A stretch of DNA of 64,000 nucleotides from Octopus vulgaris (Eukaryota): NCBI GenBank assembly GCA_951406725.2, contig OX597818.1, positions 64,852,001 through 64,916,000 on the forward strand, in the 5' to 3' direction. A program made the position numbers and the translations under genes. A model generated the notes under the pieces. The model made no database searches, was not told the DNA's origin, and was given only the letters and a program-made list of their open reading frames with translations. This document shows, piece by piece, positions 30,405 through 43,160 of this stretch. Positions within the stretch are counted from its first letter, which is position 1. Each line of letters opens with the position of its first letter.

Positions 30405-30885
30405 GAGGTCACTTTCGAGTGCTACTGGTAACATGTAACCCAGTACAACCTGTTGCATGGTCGGGTCGTCGGCGACTAAACCGGCAACCCCACCAAGCTT
30501 GCTTGGTGAGGAGGGTGTTTATTGGACACCATGCGGGATGAAAAACAAAACTCGTCAAAGGGTGGAGTAACTCTTGAGAGTCAACGGCCATCCAATAAAT
30601 GTCTTAAGGCTGTCGCGGTTAAGCCATTGGGAGTGAAGGACTCCTAGCCTTTGTTAGGGCATCCTTCTAGGAGAAGGTAACTCAGGTACTGGGATAACTG
30701 CGGTTCAGTGGTTACCGATGGCGTTGACTTGGATTATGGCTGCTGTTGCTTAGTGAGTGAGATTGATTCAGTGCACAACATTTCCTCGCTTTAAAAACAT
30801 ATTTTTGCACAGGCATTGTACGATAACAACATTGATTTAAGGTTCGTGCAATGGACATATTCGATAACGAGGGGGCAGCCAATAT
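30405..30885 (+). mobile_element. GC-richer non-autonomous element resembling an RTE 5' UTR
   Basis: Motif ggcatccttctaggagaaggtaactc; its 3' end ttcgtgcaatgg.catattcgataacgagggggcagcca recurs at about 4032-4070. Confidence 0.45.
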
Positions 30886-30892
30886 ACGAGTA

Positions 30893-30934
<42 letters not shown>

Positions 30935-30939
<5 letters not shown>

Positions 30940-31075
30940 GCAGGAGTAGGTGAGTAGTAAGTATCTTGCTTACCATCCACATGGTTCCAGGTTCTGTCCC
31001 ACTGCTATAGCCTTGGGCCGACAAAAGCCTTGTGAGTGGATTTGGTAGACGGAAACTGAAAAAAACCCGTCGTAT
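30935..31075 (+). mobile_element. SINE family B 5' part
   Basis: Homology to 59131-59292. Confidence 0.8.
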
Positions 31076-31089
31076 TTATGTATATATAC

Positions 31090-31310
31090 TTGCACAAAGT
31101 AGATGTAGCGGTTTTTAAATCAAAGCTGGACATCTTCCTGTCAAGAGTCCCAGATGAACCTACCTCACTGCAAGAGGTGCAAATGAGAGTAGCTATATCA
31201 AACTCCATTCATCACCAAGTGCCACATATTAGACGAGTTTCGTCGTAATAACAGTGTAGCACAAAAACGGCGGTGCATCAGCATGGCCGCAGCTCTGAGA
31301 TGAAACTAGA
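31090..31310 (+). mobile_element. CR1-group LINE 3' end
   Basis: Translates to VAVFKSKLDIFLSRVPDEP...SNSI. Confidence 0.65.
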
Positions 31311-31319
31311 AAGAAGAAT

Positions 31320-31359
<40 letters not shown>

Positions 31360-31439
31360 TTTATTTAAAGCAGCAGAAAATTCAACAAAATCTGTATTTG
31401 AGTATTTTCCACCTTGTTTCACATTTATGTGTTTACTCC

Positions 31440-31543
<104 letters not shown>

Positions 31544-31573
31544 CATACCTATATATATATACATACATACATT

Positions 31574-31630
<57 letters not shown>

Positions 31631-31729
31631 CAGGATATATTTGCAAAACTGAGATTGTCAAACACTTCACGTCCCCCCTATGATATGGAAATCTCACTGT
31701 ACTGAAGGTTTTGTACAAGAAATATACAA

Positions 31730-31760
<31 letters not shown>

Positions 31761-32024
31761 TGGAGACATATGCAATAGCTAATGCATCAATCAGCATGCG
31801 CTTCCTTACGTGAAAAACTGGTAATTCGAATGAAATATCATAGCACCATTCAAGGTTTATCATATCTTTCTTTTCTCCAATCTGTTAAGTTAAGCTGTAA
31901 AAATCCCCAGCTTTTTTAGAGAAACACAGAGTGAAAATGTCAGGAGATTTGAGAAACACATTGTTATGGCTTCAGATTCCTTTCTTGTTTATCAGATATT
32001 CCAAGCCGTAAAGAACTACAGTGT

Positions 32025-32620
<596 letters not shown>

Positions 32621-32718
32621 GTATTTCCTGCATGAATGTGACACGCACACATATATATATATATATATGTATATACCTATATACCTATATACATATACAT
32701 AGATATATATGTATGTAT

Positions 32719-32758
<40 letters not shown>

Positions 32759-32829
32759 CGTTTATATATGTGTCTATATCGTGTCTTATATACGTTTATA
32801 TATGTGTCTATATGTGTCTTATATATGTG

Positions 32830-33175
32830 TCTAAAATCGTACATCGGAATGACGTCAAACAGCTTTAAGACTCGTTGGTACGCCCACACACATTCGTTCC
32901 GGCGACCTGACAAATCCAACCAAACTACCCTCGCCGCCCACAGCTGGTACCTTAAAAGGAACTCCATCCCCTTCAAGATCAAGTGGAGACTACTACAGAG
33001 GGCGCGTTCGTACACAGGAGGCCATACCTGCTGTGACCTTTGCATTTCTGAGAGCCTGGAGATCTTGTTCGCCAAAGGCCCTCCCCTCAACAAGATCTCG
33101 GAGCACTCCCCAAATTGCATGCATAAGATTTATGCATACTACAAAAACTACAGATCCACCCGGCAACCCGATTGA
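32830..33175 (+). pseudogene. GIY-YIG endonuclease C-terminal part of a 5'-truncated PLE
   Basis: KSYIGMTSNSFKTRWYAH...CDLCISE...LNKISE..CMH; frame intact; starts abruptly after a microsatellite-like tract. Confidence 0.85.
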
Positions 33176-33407
33176 CGACACCCCACCCACAAACCCCCCA
33201 CCCCCACCGTTCCCCTAGCACCCCCAAATACCTTTTCTCCTAAGACTATTCACATATTGTATGTGTACACTTGTATATATGTATTGTATATATGTATAGA
33301 AATGTATGGGTGTTAGTAGGAATATACGTATGTATGTTAGTGCGTGTATTTACGCGCGTGTATATGTATGTGTATGTGTATGTATATGTGTATATGTATG
33401 TATGTGG

Positions 33408-33507
<100 letters not shown>

Positions 33508-34084
33508 GGAAATATGTATATATATATGTATATATATATATATATATGTGTGTACGCTTGTGTGTTTATGTATATGTAGGTATGTAGAGTTATGTGTATG
33601 TTTATATGTATGTATCCGTCTGTATAATGGGTAACTGCATGTATATATATTTATTATTTATTATTTGAGTATGCATGTATGTATATATGTATATGTTTGT
33701 ATGCATGTATGTATTTATGTATATATAGATGCGCGTGTGTGTATATATGTGTATGCATGTGTGTATGTATATGTATGTGTATATATATACTTGTGTGTAT
33801 ATATATGTGTATGTGTATGTGTATATGTGTATGGTTATACATGTGTATATGCATGTATGTATGTGTATGTGTGTACATGTATGGACTTGTTGGGTTTCTT
33901 TTTTATATATGTAGATAGATGTGTGTGCGTGTGTATTAGTATATGCTTGTGTATACATACGTGTATGTATATGTATAGATATATGGATGTATGGGTATGT
34001 AGGTATGTATATGACTGGTGTAAGTATATATGTGTGTATGTATACGTAGGTATGCGCGTACGTGTATGTGTATGTGTATATATG

Positions 34085-34133
<49 letters not shown>

Positions 34134-34567
34134 GTATGTATATATATGTGTGTGTATGTATGTGTATGTATGTTTATATGTATATGTGTATATATATTTA
34201 TTTGTGTATATGTATGGACTAGTCTTCTGTGGGTGTATAGATGTATGTATGTATGAATATAACACGTGCGTGTGTGTATGTGTATGAGTGTACGTGTGAG
34301 TGTGTGTGCGTGTGTGAGTGTTTGTGTTCTTATCAGTGAGTAGAAAGATAGAAAGGAAGGGAGCCGGGCAATAAATGAATTCTTTAGACTTGTTCCCTTG
34401 GGACAACACCACTTCAGTGGTGACCTCGGCCAGCCAGCCCGAGGTCAAGATAAAAATAAAAATAAAAACAAAAATAAAAATAAAATTAAAATAAGGGAAG
34501 ATATGTGTGTGTATGTGTGTGCATGTATATGCATTTGTATGTGTATGTATGTGTGTGTGTATATATA

Positions 34568-34621
<54 letters not shown>

Positions 34622-34689
34622 TATATGTATAGGTATGTATGTGTATGTATGTATATATAGGTGTATATGGGTGTGTGCAAATATAAGTG

Positions 34690-34724
<35 letters not shown>

Positions 34725-35262
34725 ATATGGGAGCGTGTATGTATGGGGGAGTATATCTCCTTTGATATATAATATATATATGTGTGTAGACATATATAAG
34801 TGTATGTATGAGTATGGGTATGGGTGTGTACGTAGACACAGGTATATGGGTACATATGTACATGTGTATATGGGTGTATGTGTGTATGTGTACGTATGTG
34901 TATGTGTATATATGTATATATGTATATGTGTATGTATGTATATGTGTGTATATGTATGTATATGTATACATATGTGTATGTGTGTGTGTATGTGTATATG
35001 TACATGTGTGTATATACATATATATATGTATGTGTATGTATATGTATATGTATAAGTGAGAGTCTCCTTACTTACCTAAAACTCTATTTTTCTATTTATT
35101 CTTTTATTCTTTTATTTATTCTTTTATCTACTTTACCACCGATTCCTTTGACCACTCCCCTAAGAATGATAGTTTGCGCCATGCCTACCCCAAAAAAGTC
35201 ACCCACCACCACCCCTTTAAACCTGCCTAAATGTATAAATGCCAAAACTACTCTTGTCACCT

Positions 35263-35313
35263 AGCTTCCTGATGATTTCTTTTGAATGAAACAGTTCTAG
35301 TCCTGTAGAAGCT
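35263..35313 (+). ncRNA. Canonical type I hammerhead ribozyme
   Basis: agcttc-CTGATGA-tttc-tttt-gaat-GAAA-cag-ttctagtc-ctg-TA-gaagct; 6-bp stem I, 3-bp stem III, GUA cleavage triplet. Confidence 0.85.
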
Positions 35314-35395
35314 CCTTCTATAAAATAAATTAATTTACTCTGCTATGTATTGAGTACCTTATTTACTGTGGTTAACCCCGACTCAACCCGTGACC

Positions 35396-35497
<102 letters not shown>

Positions 35498-37457
35498 TAT
35501 ATATACCATTTATAATATTATTTGCCTTTTCTCCCCTTAACCGTTTTCTAGTTGCCTGTCTTTCACCGTCTTTCTCCTTTACTCCTTCTCGTTGCTCACA
35601 CGTGAACATCGTTCATATTTCTTTGCTTCACATGATCTTCTTCTACGGCTGTGCTAAGGGTTAGACATATCCTATATTTCAGTTCTTTCTTTCTTCTTGT
35701 CAAAGAAAATATATCTCCAGCGTTCGCCACTTTACCCTCGTTCTGCTCGTTCTGTTTTTCTCTTTCAATTTCCTTCTATGTCTCCATTGTCCTGTATTTG
35801 TTCCCAGTATTGACCCCCCCCCTAAAATACCAACTTTTATGTTTGTAATTATGGGAGCATATTGCCGTTGAATGCTCGAAATGTAAAGGACAGCCGGCAA
35901 ATGACGAAGGGTTGTATTATTGTGACTCACGTGGGAGAAATTCTGGGGGGAGATACGAATTCACTTGTCTATATAAATGTTGATATGCTGGTCAGCTTCT
36001 ATATGTCCGATGTCGCCTGTTCGGAATATGGTGGTAAGAATTCCTAGCATTTTCAAATTTATTGATCGGAATATTATGTTGAAAAAGGAAATGAATCTCT
36101 TATTTTGATCCAGAAACGTATGCGTCCATAATTGACCGGACACTGATTGATTTCGTTGTTTTTCTGCCATAGTGAGTTACAAATACCGTTGTCTGTGGGA
36201 CATATTTTGGGTACTAAAAGAAATAACAGTCGTCTGGCTGCTATTTCTTATACTTTCGTTATGTGGTCTAGCAACCTGTTGCAAAAACCCTCATTGTTAT
36301 AATATATATATACTTTTACTTTCATATACATACATATACTTTCACGGCTACTGGTATAATGTACATTTACTCCACAGAAAGAGATAAAGGACAGATGCGT
36401 ACATATTTCTATACTCTTATATATACATATACATATATATGTGAGTGTATGTGTGTATGTGTGTGCGTGTATGTGAGTGTATGTGCATGCGTGCATATAA
36501 GAATGGGTATCTTATGAATGTGTATCATATGTAAGAAATGAATGTCTAGAGAACGAACATCCGCTGGCATAGATGTATATATTCAAGTACATATATTTGT
36601 CTATGTATGTAGCTTTTAAAGCCACTAAACTCTCATAGTGTGCGCTTCTGTACCGGAGTCTTTTGTGTGTTTTTCTCTCTGTGTATTCTTACACAGATGT
36701 ACAACCATTTTAGATATATTTAATTTAATTCTCTTGCTTTGAGAAAAGGAACAATATTTACGCACTGAAATACACTTGAAACTTGAATGCTGTGTCTCGA
36801 GAGCAATTATATCATTTAGCAGCTCTGTGCGTATCATTTCAGAAATATTTACATGGCATTTTTTTTTTGTTACATAATCCCCCAGGAAAGACTGCAATGT
36901 ATATATCTGTCTTTAGAAACAAGTGATTTGTTTTGTATCTGCAAGAATATGATAATAGTTTGTGTAAAGAATTTCGGTACATATTCTCACACTACAAAAC
37001 TCGAGACAATACACAATATCATTTTATAATATTTAGAAACTGTTTTGGAAAAAAACATGCGTCTTTATTATTATTATATATATTTCTATTTTTTTTTTGT
37101 AAACAAAGAGATATTAAGATTATGAATAGATGGATGCAACATCGTTTGTGGTTCGATACCGCATTCAAGAACCGTTGCTCACTGACTGAAACACTGACTC
37201 CTTCTGACGAAAGACTTACATTTGCAAATAGATGCAGTTAGTGGAATATATATATATGTACAGACCTCGTAGCAAGGTTTATATATATTATATAAGCCTT
37301 CACATTTGTCAATGCAATATGATTTATTTCCTCCATTAGCCTGTGAAGAAACGCCGTAAACCTAAGGGCTTTAAGGACGTAAAACCCAGTGTAAGCACAT
37401 AGACTAGCCCTAAGTATTTTTATCCAATATATATATATATATATAGATATATATGTA

Positions 37458-37494
<37 letters not shown>

Positions 37495-37497
37495 GCA

Positions 37498-37665
37498 TAG
37501 GCGCAGGTGTGGGTGTGTGGTAAGAATCTTGCTTACGAACCACATGGTTCCGGGCTCAGTCCCACTGCTTGGCATCTTGTTGGGCAAATGACTTCTGCTA
37601 TAGCCTCGGGCTGACCAAAGCTTTGTGAGTGATTTGATAGGCGGAATGTGAAAGAAGTCTGTCAT
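37498..37665 (+). mobile_element. SINE family B 5' part
   Basis: Homology to 59131-59292. Confidence 0.85.
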
Positions 37666-37678
37666 ATATATATATATG

Positions 37679-37773
<95 letters not shown>

Positions 37774-38131
37774 ATATGCATACGTTTGTATGACTGTGTG
37801 TTTATTTGCGGGGGTGCTCTTTTGCTATGTGAGAGTGTCTTTCGGTCTTTTTAACACTTTCGGAATTCTTTGTCTCTCAGTCCTATGTAATATGTATGTC
37901 TTTAGTACACTGTAAATCAAAGGCATTACTCAAACTTTTATAAATTAGAACATAATTACTTTATGGTGCACTAATTTACCCACGGTGTCGCACAAACACG
38001 CTCATATTTTACCTTCCTTAAATAGACATGAGCGTACATACGTACACAAAAATATATATGTTAGTGTTAATATATATATTTATATATATATATATATATA
38101 CATATGCACAAACACACACACACATATATAT

Positions 38132-38189
<58 letters not shown>

Positions 38190-38286
38190 CGGGAAGCTTT
38201 ATGAAAATAGACAAAAAACGAAGGCAGGTGGAAAACAAACAAACAATTGTATTAGTATGGCGCTCAGGAAATATAAATAAAACAAG

Positions 38287-38324
38287 TCTTTAACGTTTCG
38301 AGCCTACGCACTTCAACAGAAAGA
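38287..38324 (-). ncRNA. Variant minimal hammerhead motif (CUGUUGA core)
   Basis: tcttt-CTGTTGA-a-gtgc-gtag-gctc-GAAA-cgtt-aaaga. Confidence 0.55.
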
Positions 38325-38714
38325 TACACAGAGAGAAAAAAAAAAACACAGAAAGAAGGAGAGAAAAAAAATGCGTGCAGTAACTAACGTATCAACATGG
38401 CGATCTGATTTCGGCCAGAGGTCAAAGATCAAACATGAGACGCGAGAGCAAAATAAGGGGAGATAATAGGGTTGATAATAAGGTTGAATGACCCTAGGAT
38501 AGGTCCGGACAGGCGTATGTATGGGGTTGGTGTATGTATTAGTATGTATTAGTATGTATTAGTACGTATTAGTATGTATAAGTGTGTGTGTGTGTATGAG
38601 AGAGTATAAGTGCGTATGAGGGGTCTGGACGTGTGTATGTATAGGGTTGGTGTATGTATTAGTATGTATTAGTATGTATTAGTACGTATTAGTATGTATT
38701 AGTTGGTGAATGTA

Positions 38715-39942
38715 TTAGTATGGCACATCATATATGATGTGATGTGTAAAGTCGTGTGGTGTAGTGAGGAGAAGAGGTGGAGAGGAGAAGAGGGGAAGAA
38801 GGGGAGGGGGAGACGAGGGGGAGGAGAAGGGGGGAAGAGGAGAGGAGGGGGAGAGAGGAGGGGGAGAAGGAGGGGGAGGAGGAGGGGGAGGAAAGAGGGG
38901 GAGAGAGAAGGGGAGTGAGGGAGCAGAGGGAAGAGGGAAGGAGAGAGGGAGAAAGAGGGAAGAAGGGAAGGGGAGTAGGGGTGAAAGGATGAAGGACTGA
39001 AGAAGTAGGGGTCGGGGGGGAAGGATAGGTGAGGAGGGGGAGAGGGGGTTAGATGAGGAGGGGGGAGAGTTGAGACCAAATGGCGTATAAGAGCGAAGAG
39101 AGAAGATTAATTCCTGTTCACGGCGCAAACGGGAATCCGGATGGCCTCTGTGTAAGGACAAACCGAACACAGATAGGTGTTGCAAGGAGTGACCGGTGGA
39201 GCGGAAATGGCGTGAGACCGGTGTGTCGTTCGCAAGGTGGATGTCACGAAGGTGTTCCGCGAACCGGTCAGCCAAGCGGCGCCCCGTTTGTCCGATGTAC
39301 AAGGAATTGCAGAGAGAGCAAGAGACGCAATAGATAATATTGCTGGAGGTGCAGGTGAAGGAGTGGATGATGGGATAGGGTCGATGGTGGGTGCTAGTGA
39401 GGCGGGTGGTGTTGGAGAGGTAAGGGCAAGTGCGGCAACGTGGGCGGGAGCAGGGGAACGAGCCGGGTTGGGAGGTAGGGTCAGGGAAGGAGCTATGGAC
39501 CAAAAGGTCTCGAAGGTTGTGGGCTCGTTTGAAAGAGGGGAGGGGTCGGTTAGGGAAGAGGTGTGAAGTGGACGGGTCGGACTGGAGATGACAGAAAGCT
39601 CGAAGAATGGTGCGTTGGAGACGTAGGGTCGTGGGGTGGTAAGTGAGGGGAAAAGGGAGGCGGGAGACTACAGGGCGGGTTCGGGGAGAGAGAGCAGATA
39701 CACGGTCCACGGACCGTGCTCTGGAAAGGGCGGTGTGGATAGTGGTGAGGGGGTATCCACGTAGGGTGAAGTGGTGAGCCATACGTTGAGACTGAGTCTC
39801 AAAGTCATGGTCGTCACTACAGAGCCTACATAGACGGAGGAATTGGGAATAGGGGATGGAAAGCTTGGTGTGTTCTGGGTGGGAGGAAGAGAAGTTGAGG
39901 TATGAGTGTGAGTCTGTGTGTTTGTAGTGAATGGAGGTGGTA

Positions 39943-39944
<2 letters not shown>
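38715..39944 (-). pseudogene. PLE ORF C-terminus: RT thumb/linker, Cys-rich linker, GIY-YIG endonuclease
   Basis: YKHTDSHSYL..SSHP..KLSIPYSQFLR..RGYP; CSRPRCRTC; NIIYCVSC..C..YIGQTGRRLADRFAEH; REQELI..GLN; no stops; the ORF's nominal N-terminus is microsatellite. Confidence 0.92.
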
Positions 39945-40017
<73 letters not shown>

Positions 40018-40193
40018 CATGTATGTATGTATGTATGCTGGATATAGCAGTCAAAACTTGACTCTAAAACCACATCAAAAATTCATACAGAACCAGGAGA
40101 GTAGAAAAAGATGCACAAAAACTAGCAAAAATTATTGGATAATTCCAGATCCCCGAATATACACAAAATACTACATAAATACAAATATACATA

Positions 40194-40250
<57 letters not shown>

Positions 40251-40441
40251 TAAGTAATTAAGGGTTTAGCAACGAATTGCCTCACCAACACACCGAATTT
40301 AGAAATAGCAGTCAAAGAGATATAGCTATTCCTTCTACTAAAAGGGGGATCTCAGTAAAAACACAGCACTTGAAAGGCAAACACAGACAGGTAAGAAAGA
40401 AAGAATGAAATGACGGCAATCTATCATGCAATTTTAAGTTA

Positions 40442-40534
40442 CCTACGGACGTACGTTTCGAGATCAAGTTTTAGGATAGCATAAGAATTAGAAAATTCTA
40501 CTTTACCCAAAACTTCTTCTCTCATCGGCGCAGG
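40442..40534 (-). ncRNA. Type I hammerhead motif in the inverted copy
   Basis: Same motif as 41190-41278; stem II extension aagttttggg/cctaaaactt. Confidence 0.75.
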
Positions 40535-41189
40535 ATACCACAATTATGAATAATTGTATATTAAATTTTGAGATACTAGAATGCATCATCTCAACTCAGT
40601 GTCAGAGCGAGCCAAAGCATGACCAGTACCACGAAATTCAAAGTTTGAATGAAAGTTTGTGTCACCAGCCCCCTTCCACCCGCGTGTAGCCAAGACAAAA
40701 TGCTGCGGTCATTTACTGGGATAACATATGTTTATCAGTAATAATAAAGGGTGAAATTAATTAATTAGGGATAATTATCAATTACAGGAATTATCAATTA
40801 TAGGAATAGCTATATCTCTTTGACTGCTATTTCTAAATTCGGTGTGTTGGTGAGGCAATTCGTTGCTAAACCCTTAATTACTTAGTATTACTTAAATTTT
40901 CCTCGAATGGGGTTTTTACATGCCGAAATCTACTTGGTGTAATTGATAATTATCCCTAATTAATTAATTTCACCCTTTATTATTACTGATAACCATATGT
41001 TATCCCAGTAAATGACCGCAGCATTTTGTCTTGGCTACACGCGGGTGGAAGGGGGCTGGTGACACAAACTTTCATTCAAACTTTGAATTTCGTGGTACTG
41101 GTCATGCTTTGGCTCGCTCTGACACTGAGTTGAGATGATGCATTCTAGTATCTCAAAATTTAATATACAATTATTCATAATTGTGGTAT

Positions 41190-41278
41190 CCTGCGCCGAT
41201 GAGAGAAGTTTGGGTAAAGTAGAATTTTCTAATTCTTATGCTATCCTAAAACTTGATCTCGAAACGTACGTCCGTAGG
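41190..41278 (+). ncRNA. Type I hammerhead motif, CCGAUGA core, long stem II
   Basis: cctgcg-CCGATGA-gaga...tctc-GAAA-cgtacg-TC-cgtagg; predicted cut after 41272. Confidence 0.75.
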
Positions 41279-42019
41279 TAACTTAAAATTGCATGATAGA
41301 TTGCCGTCATTTCATTCTTTCTTTCTTACCTGTCTGTGTTTGCCTTTCAAGTGCTGTGTTTTTACTGAGATCCCCCTTTTAGTAGAAGGAATAGCTATAT
41401 CTCTTTGACTGCTATTTCTAAATTCGGTGTGTTGGTGAGGCAATTCGTTGCTAAACCCTTAATTACTTAGTATTACTTAAATTTTCCTCGAATGGGGCTT
41501 TTACATGCCGAAATCTACTTGGTGTAATTGATAATTATCCCTAATTAATTAATTTCACCCTTTATTATTACTGATAACCATATGTTATCCCAGTAAATGA
41601 CCGCAGCATTTTGTCTTGGCTACACGCGGGTGGAAGGGGGCTGGTGACACAAACTTTCATTCAAACTTTGAATTTCGTGGTACTGGTCATGATTTGGCTC
41701 GCTCTGACACTGAGTTGAAATTTAATATACAATTATTCATATTTCTAAATTCGGTATATATATATATATATATACACAACATATGAATACTTACATATAC
41801 GCACGTATACATACATATATAAGCAAGTATGCACACGACTAGTTCAATTGCCCGCCTAGACCCCTCGTGTGATACGGTCAAAATATCACCGCAGTGATTA
41901 TAATGACAAAGTAAATATATACAGTTATATAAATAACGATCTTGTCCTTATTTATATAAATTTATATATATCATATCGTATATATATATATATTCCCTCA
42001 CACACATATTTTCTGTAAA

Positions 42020-42210
42020 ACCACATTTGAGTCGTTGGCGATTTTCTTCGCCCGTCTTCCTTTTCCATTGGACTTTCTTCTGTTTCTGAAGAAGAGCTTT
42101 GCTCGAAACTTAAAGCTACCTTTCTTTCCTTCCCTGGGCGATTGCTAATACTTTACATCCTCAAGTTGTTGCATTTTTAGTTTGTTCTCGTCTTTTTTGT
42201 GGGGTGGATT

Positions 42211-42213
<3 letters not shown>
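42020..42213 (+). mobile_element. PLE 3' end with minimal hammerhead (42082-42116), ending at (TA)n
   Basis: gttt-CTGAAGA-a-gagc-ttt-gctc-GAAA-ctta-aagc; similar to 1147-1345. Confidence 0.65.
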
Positions 42214-42268
<55 letters not shown>

Positions 42269-42345
42269 AGAGATAGACAGAGACTGGAAGACAAACACAC
42301 AGAGAGAAACGTAGAGAGAGAGAAATATAAGTAGATAGATAGATC

Positions 42346-42399
<54 letters not shown>

Positions 42400-42826
42400 A
42401 AGGCAGGTGGATGTAGATCTGTCAATGTATATATTTCCCACTACGTTTCCTTTATGAGTAACTTCATATTTAATACGCGCGGACTGGGAAACTTGATGCA
42501 GCGATGTGTGTGCAGGTATATAAATAACTCTGCTTACGCATACGTTTATGAGTGTAAATGTGAAAATGAAAGTATATTCCCATATCTAGGTCTTCATATA
42601 TTAGAGTTCCTATATATTCATCCATAAACGTGAAATTAATGGATGGCAATATTCTAAAGTCATTCCAATCTATTGAAAGAAATATCTTTGAAACATAACT
42701 AATGTATATCCACTTATATCAAGAGAGATTGCGTTAGAATTTTTATGTGCAGACTAATATAATTGGGTATTTACACATACACACACGCACACATGCATAC
42801 ACACATACGTACGTACGTACATACAA

Positions 42827-42878
<52 letters not shown>

Positions 42879-42917
42879 GTATATATATAAACATATGTAC
42901 ATATATATATATATATA

Positions 42918-42976
<59 letters not shown>

Positions 42977-43021
42977 ATATATTTATATAGGGAGAGAAAG
43001 AGACAGACAGATACATACATA

Positions 43022-43160
43022 TAGGTGTAATCTTTACTGTGTGTTAAGCAGTTTGCTTTCCATCCCTATATATCCGGATAAGCGGCTTCTTCTATAGCCT
43101 CGGCCCAACCAGAGACTGGTCAATGGATTTGGTTGACGGAAACTGTAAGACTCCCGTCGC
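43022..43160 (+). mobile_element. Decayed SINE family B 5' part
   Basis: ctatagcctcggcccaacc...ggatttggttgacggaaactg. Confidence 0.7.

Larger units (their letters stand above)
38190..39944 (-). mobile_element. 5'-truncated Neptune-like PLE inserted in (TA)n
   Basis: Coding part, pyrimidine tract, gtattagtat minisatellite and tail with variant HHR; (TA)n on both sides. Confidence 0.9.
40247..41755. mobile_element. Non-coding 585-bp unit, one inverted copy plus about 1.6 tandem copies (PLE pLTR or retrozyme-like)
   Basis: 40247-40786 is the reverse complement of 40938-41473; period 585 (aggaatagc at 40802 and 41387); flanked by (TA)n. Confidence 0.9.

Noticed and set aside
33936-35059. ORFs up to 285 aa
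   Set aside because: Degenerate TA/TG repeat, low complexity
39945-40073. Start codon and N-terminus of the 452-aa ORF
   Set aside because: Microsatellite in frame by chance; the RT core is missing, so this is not an intact gene
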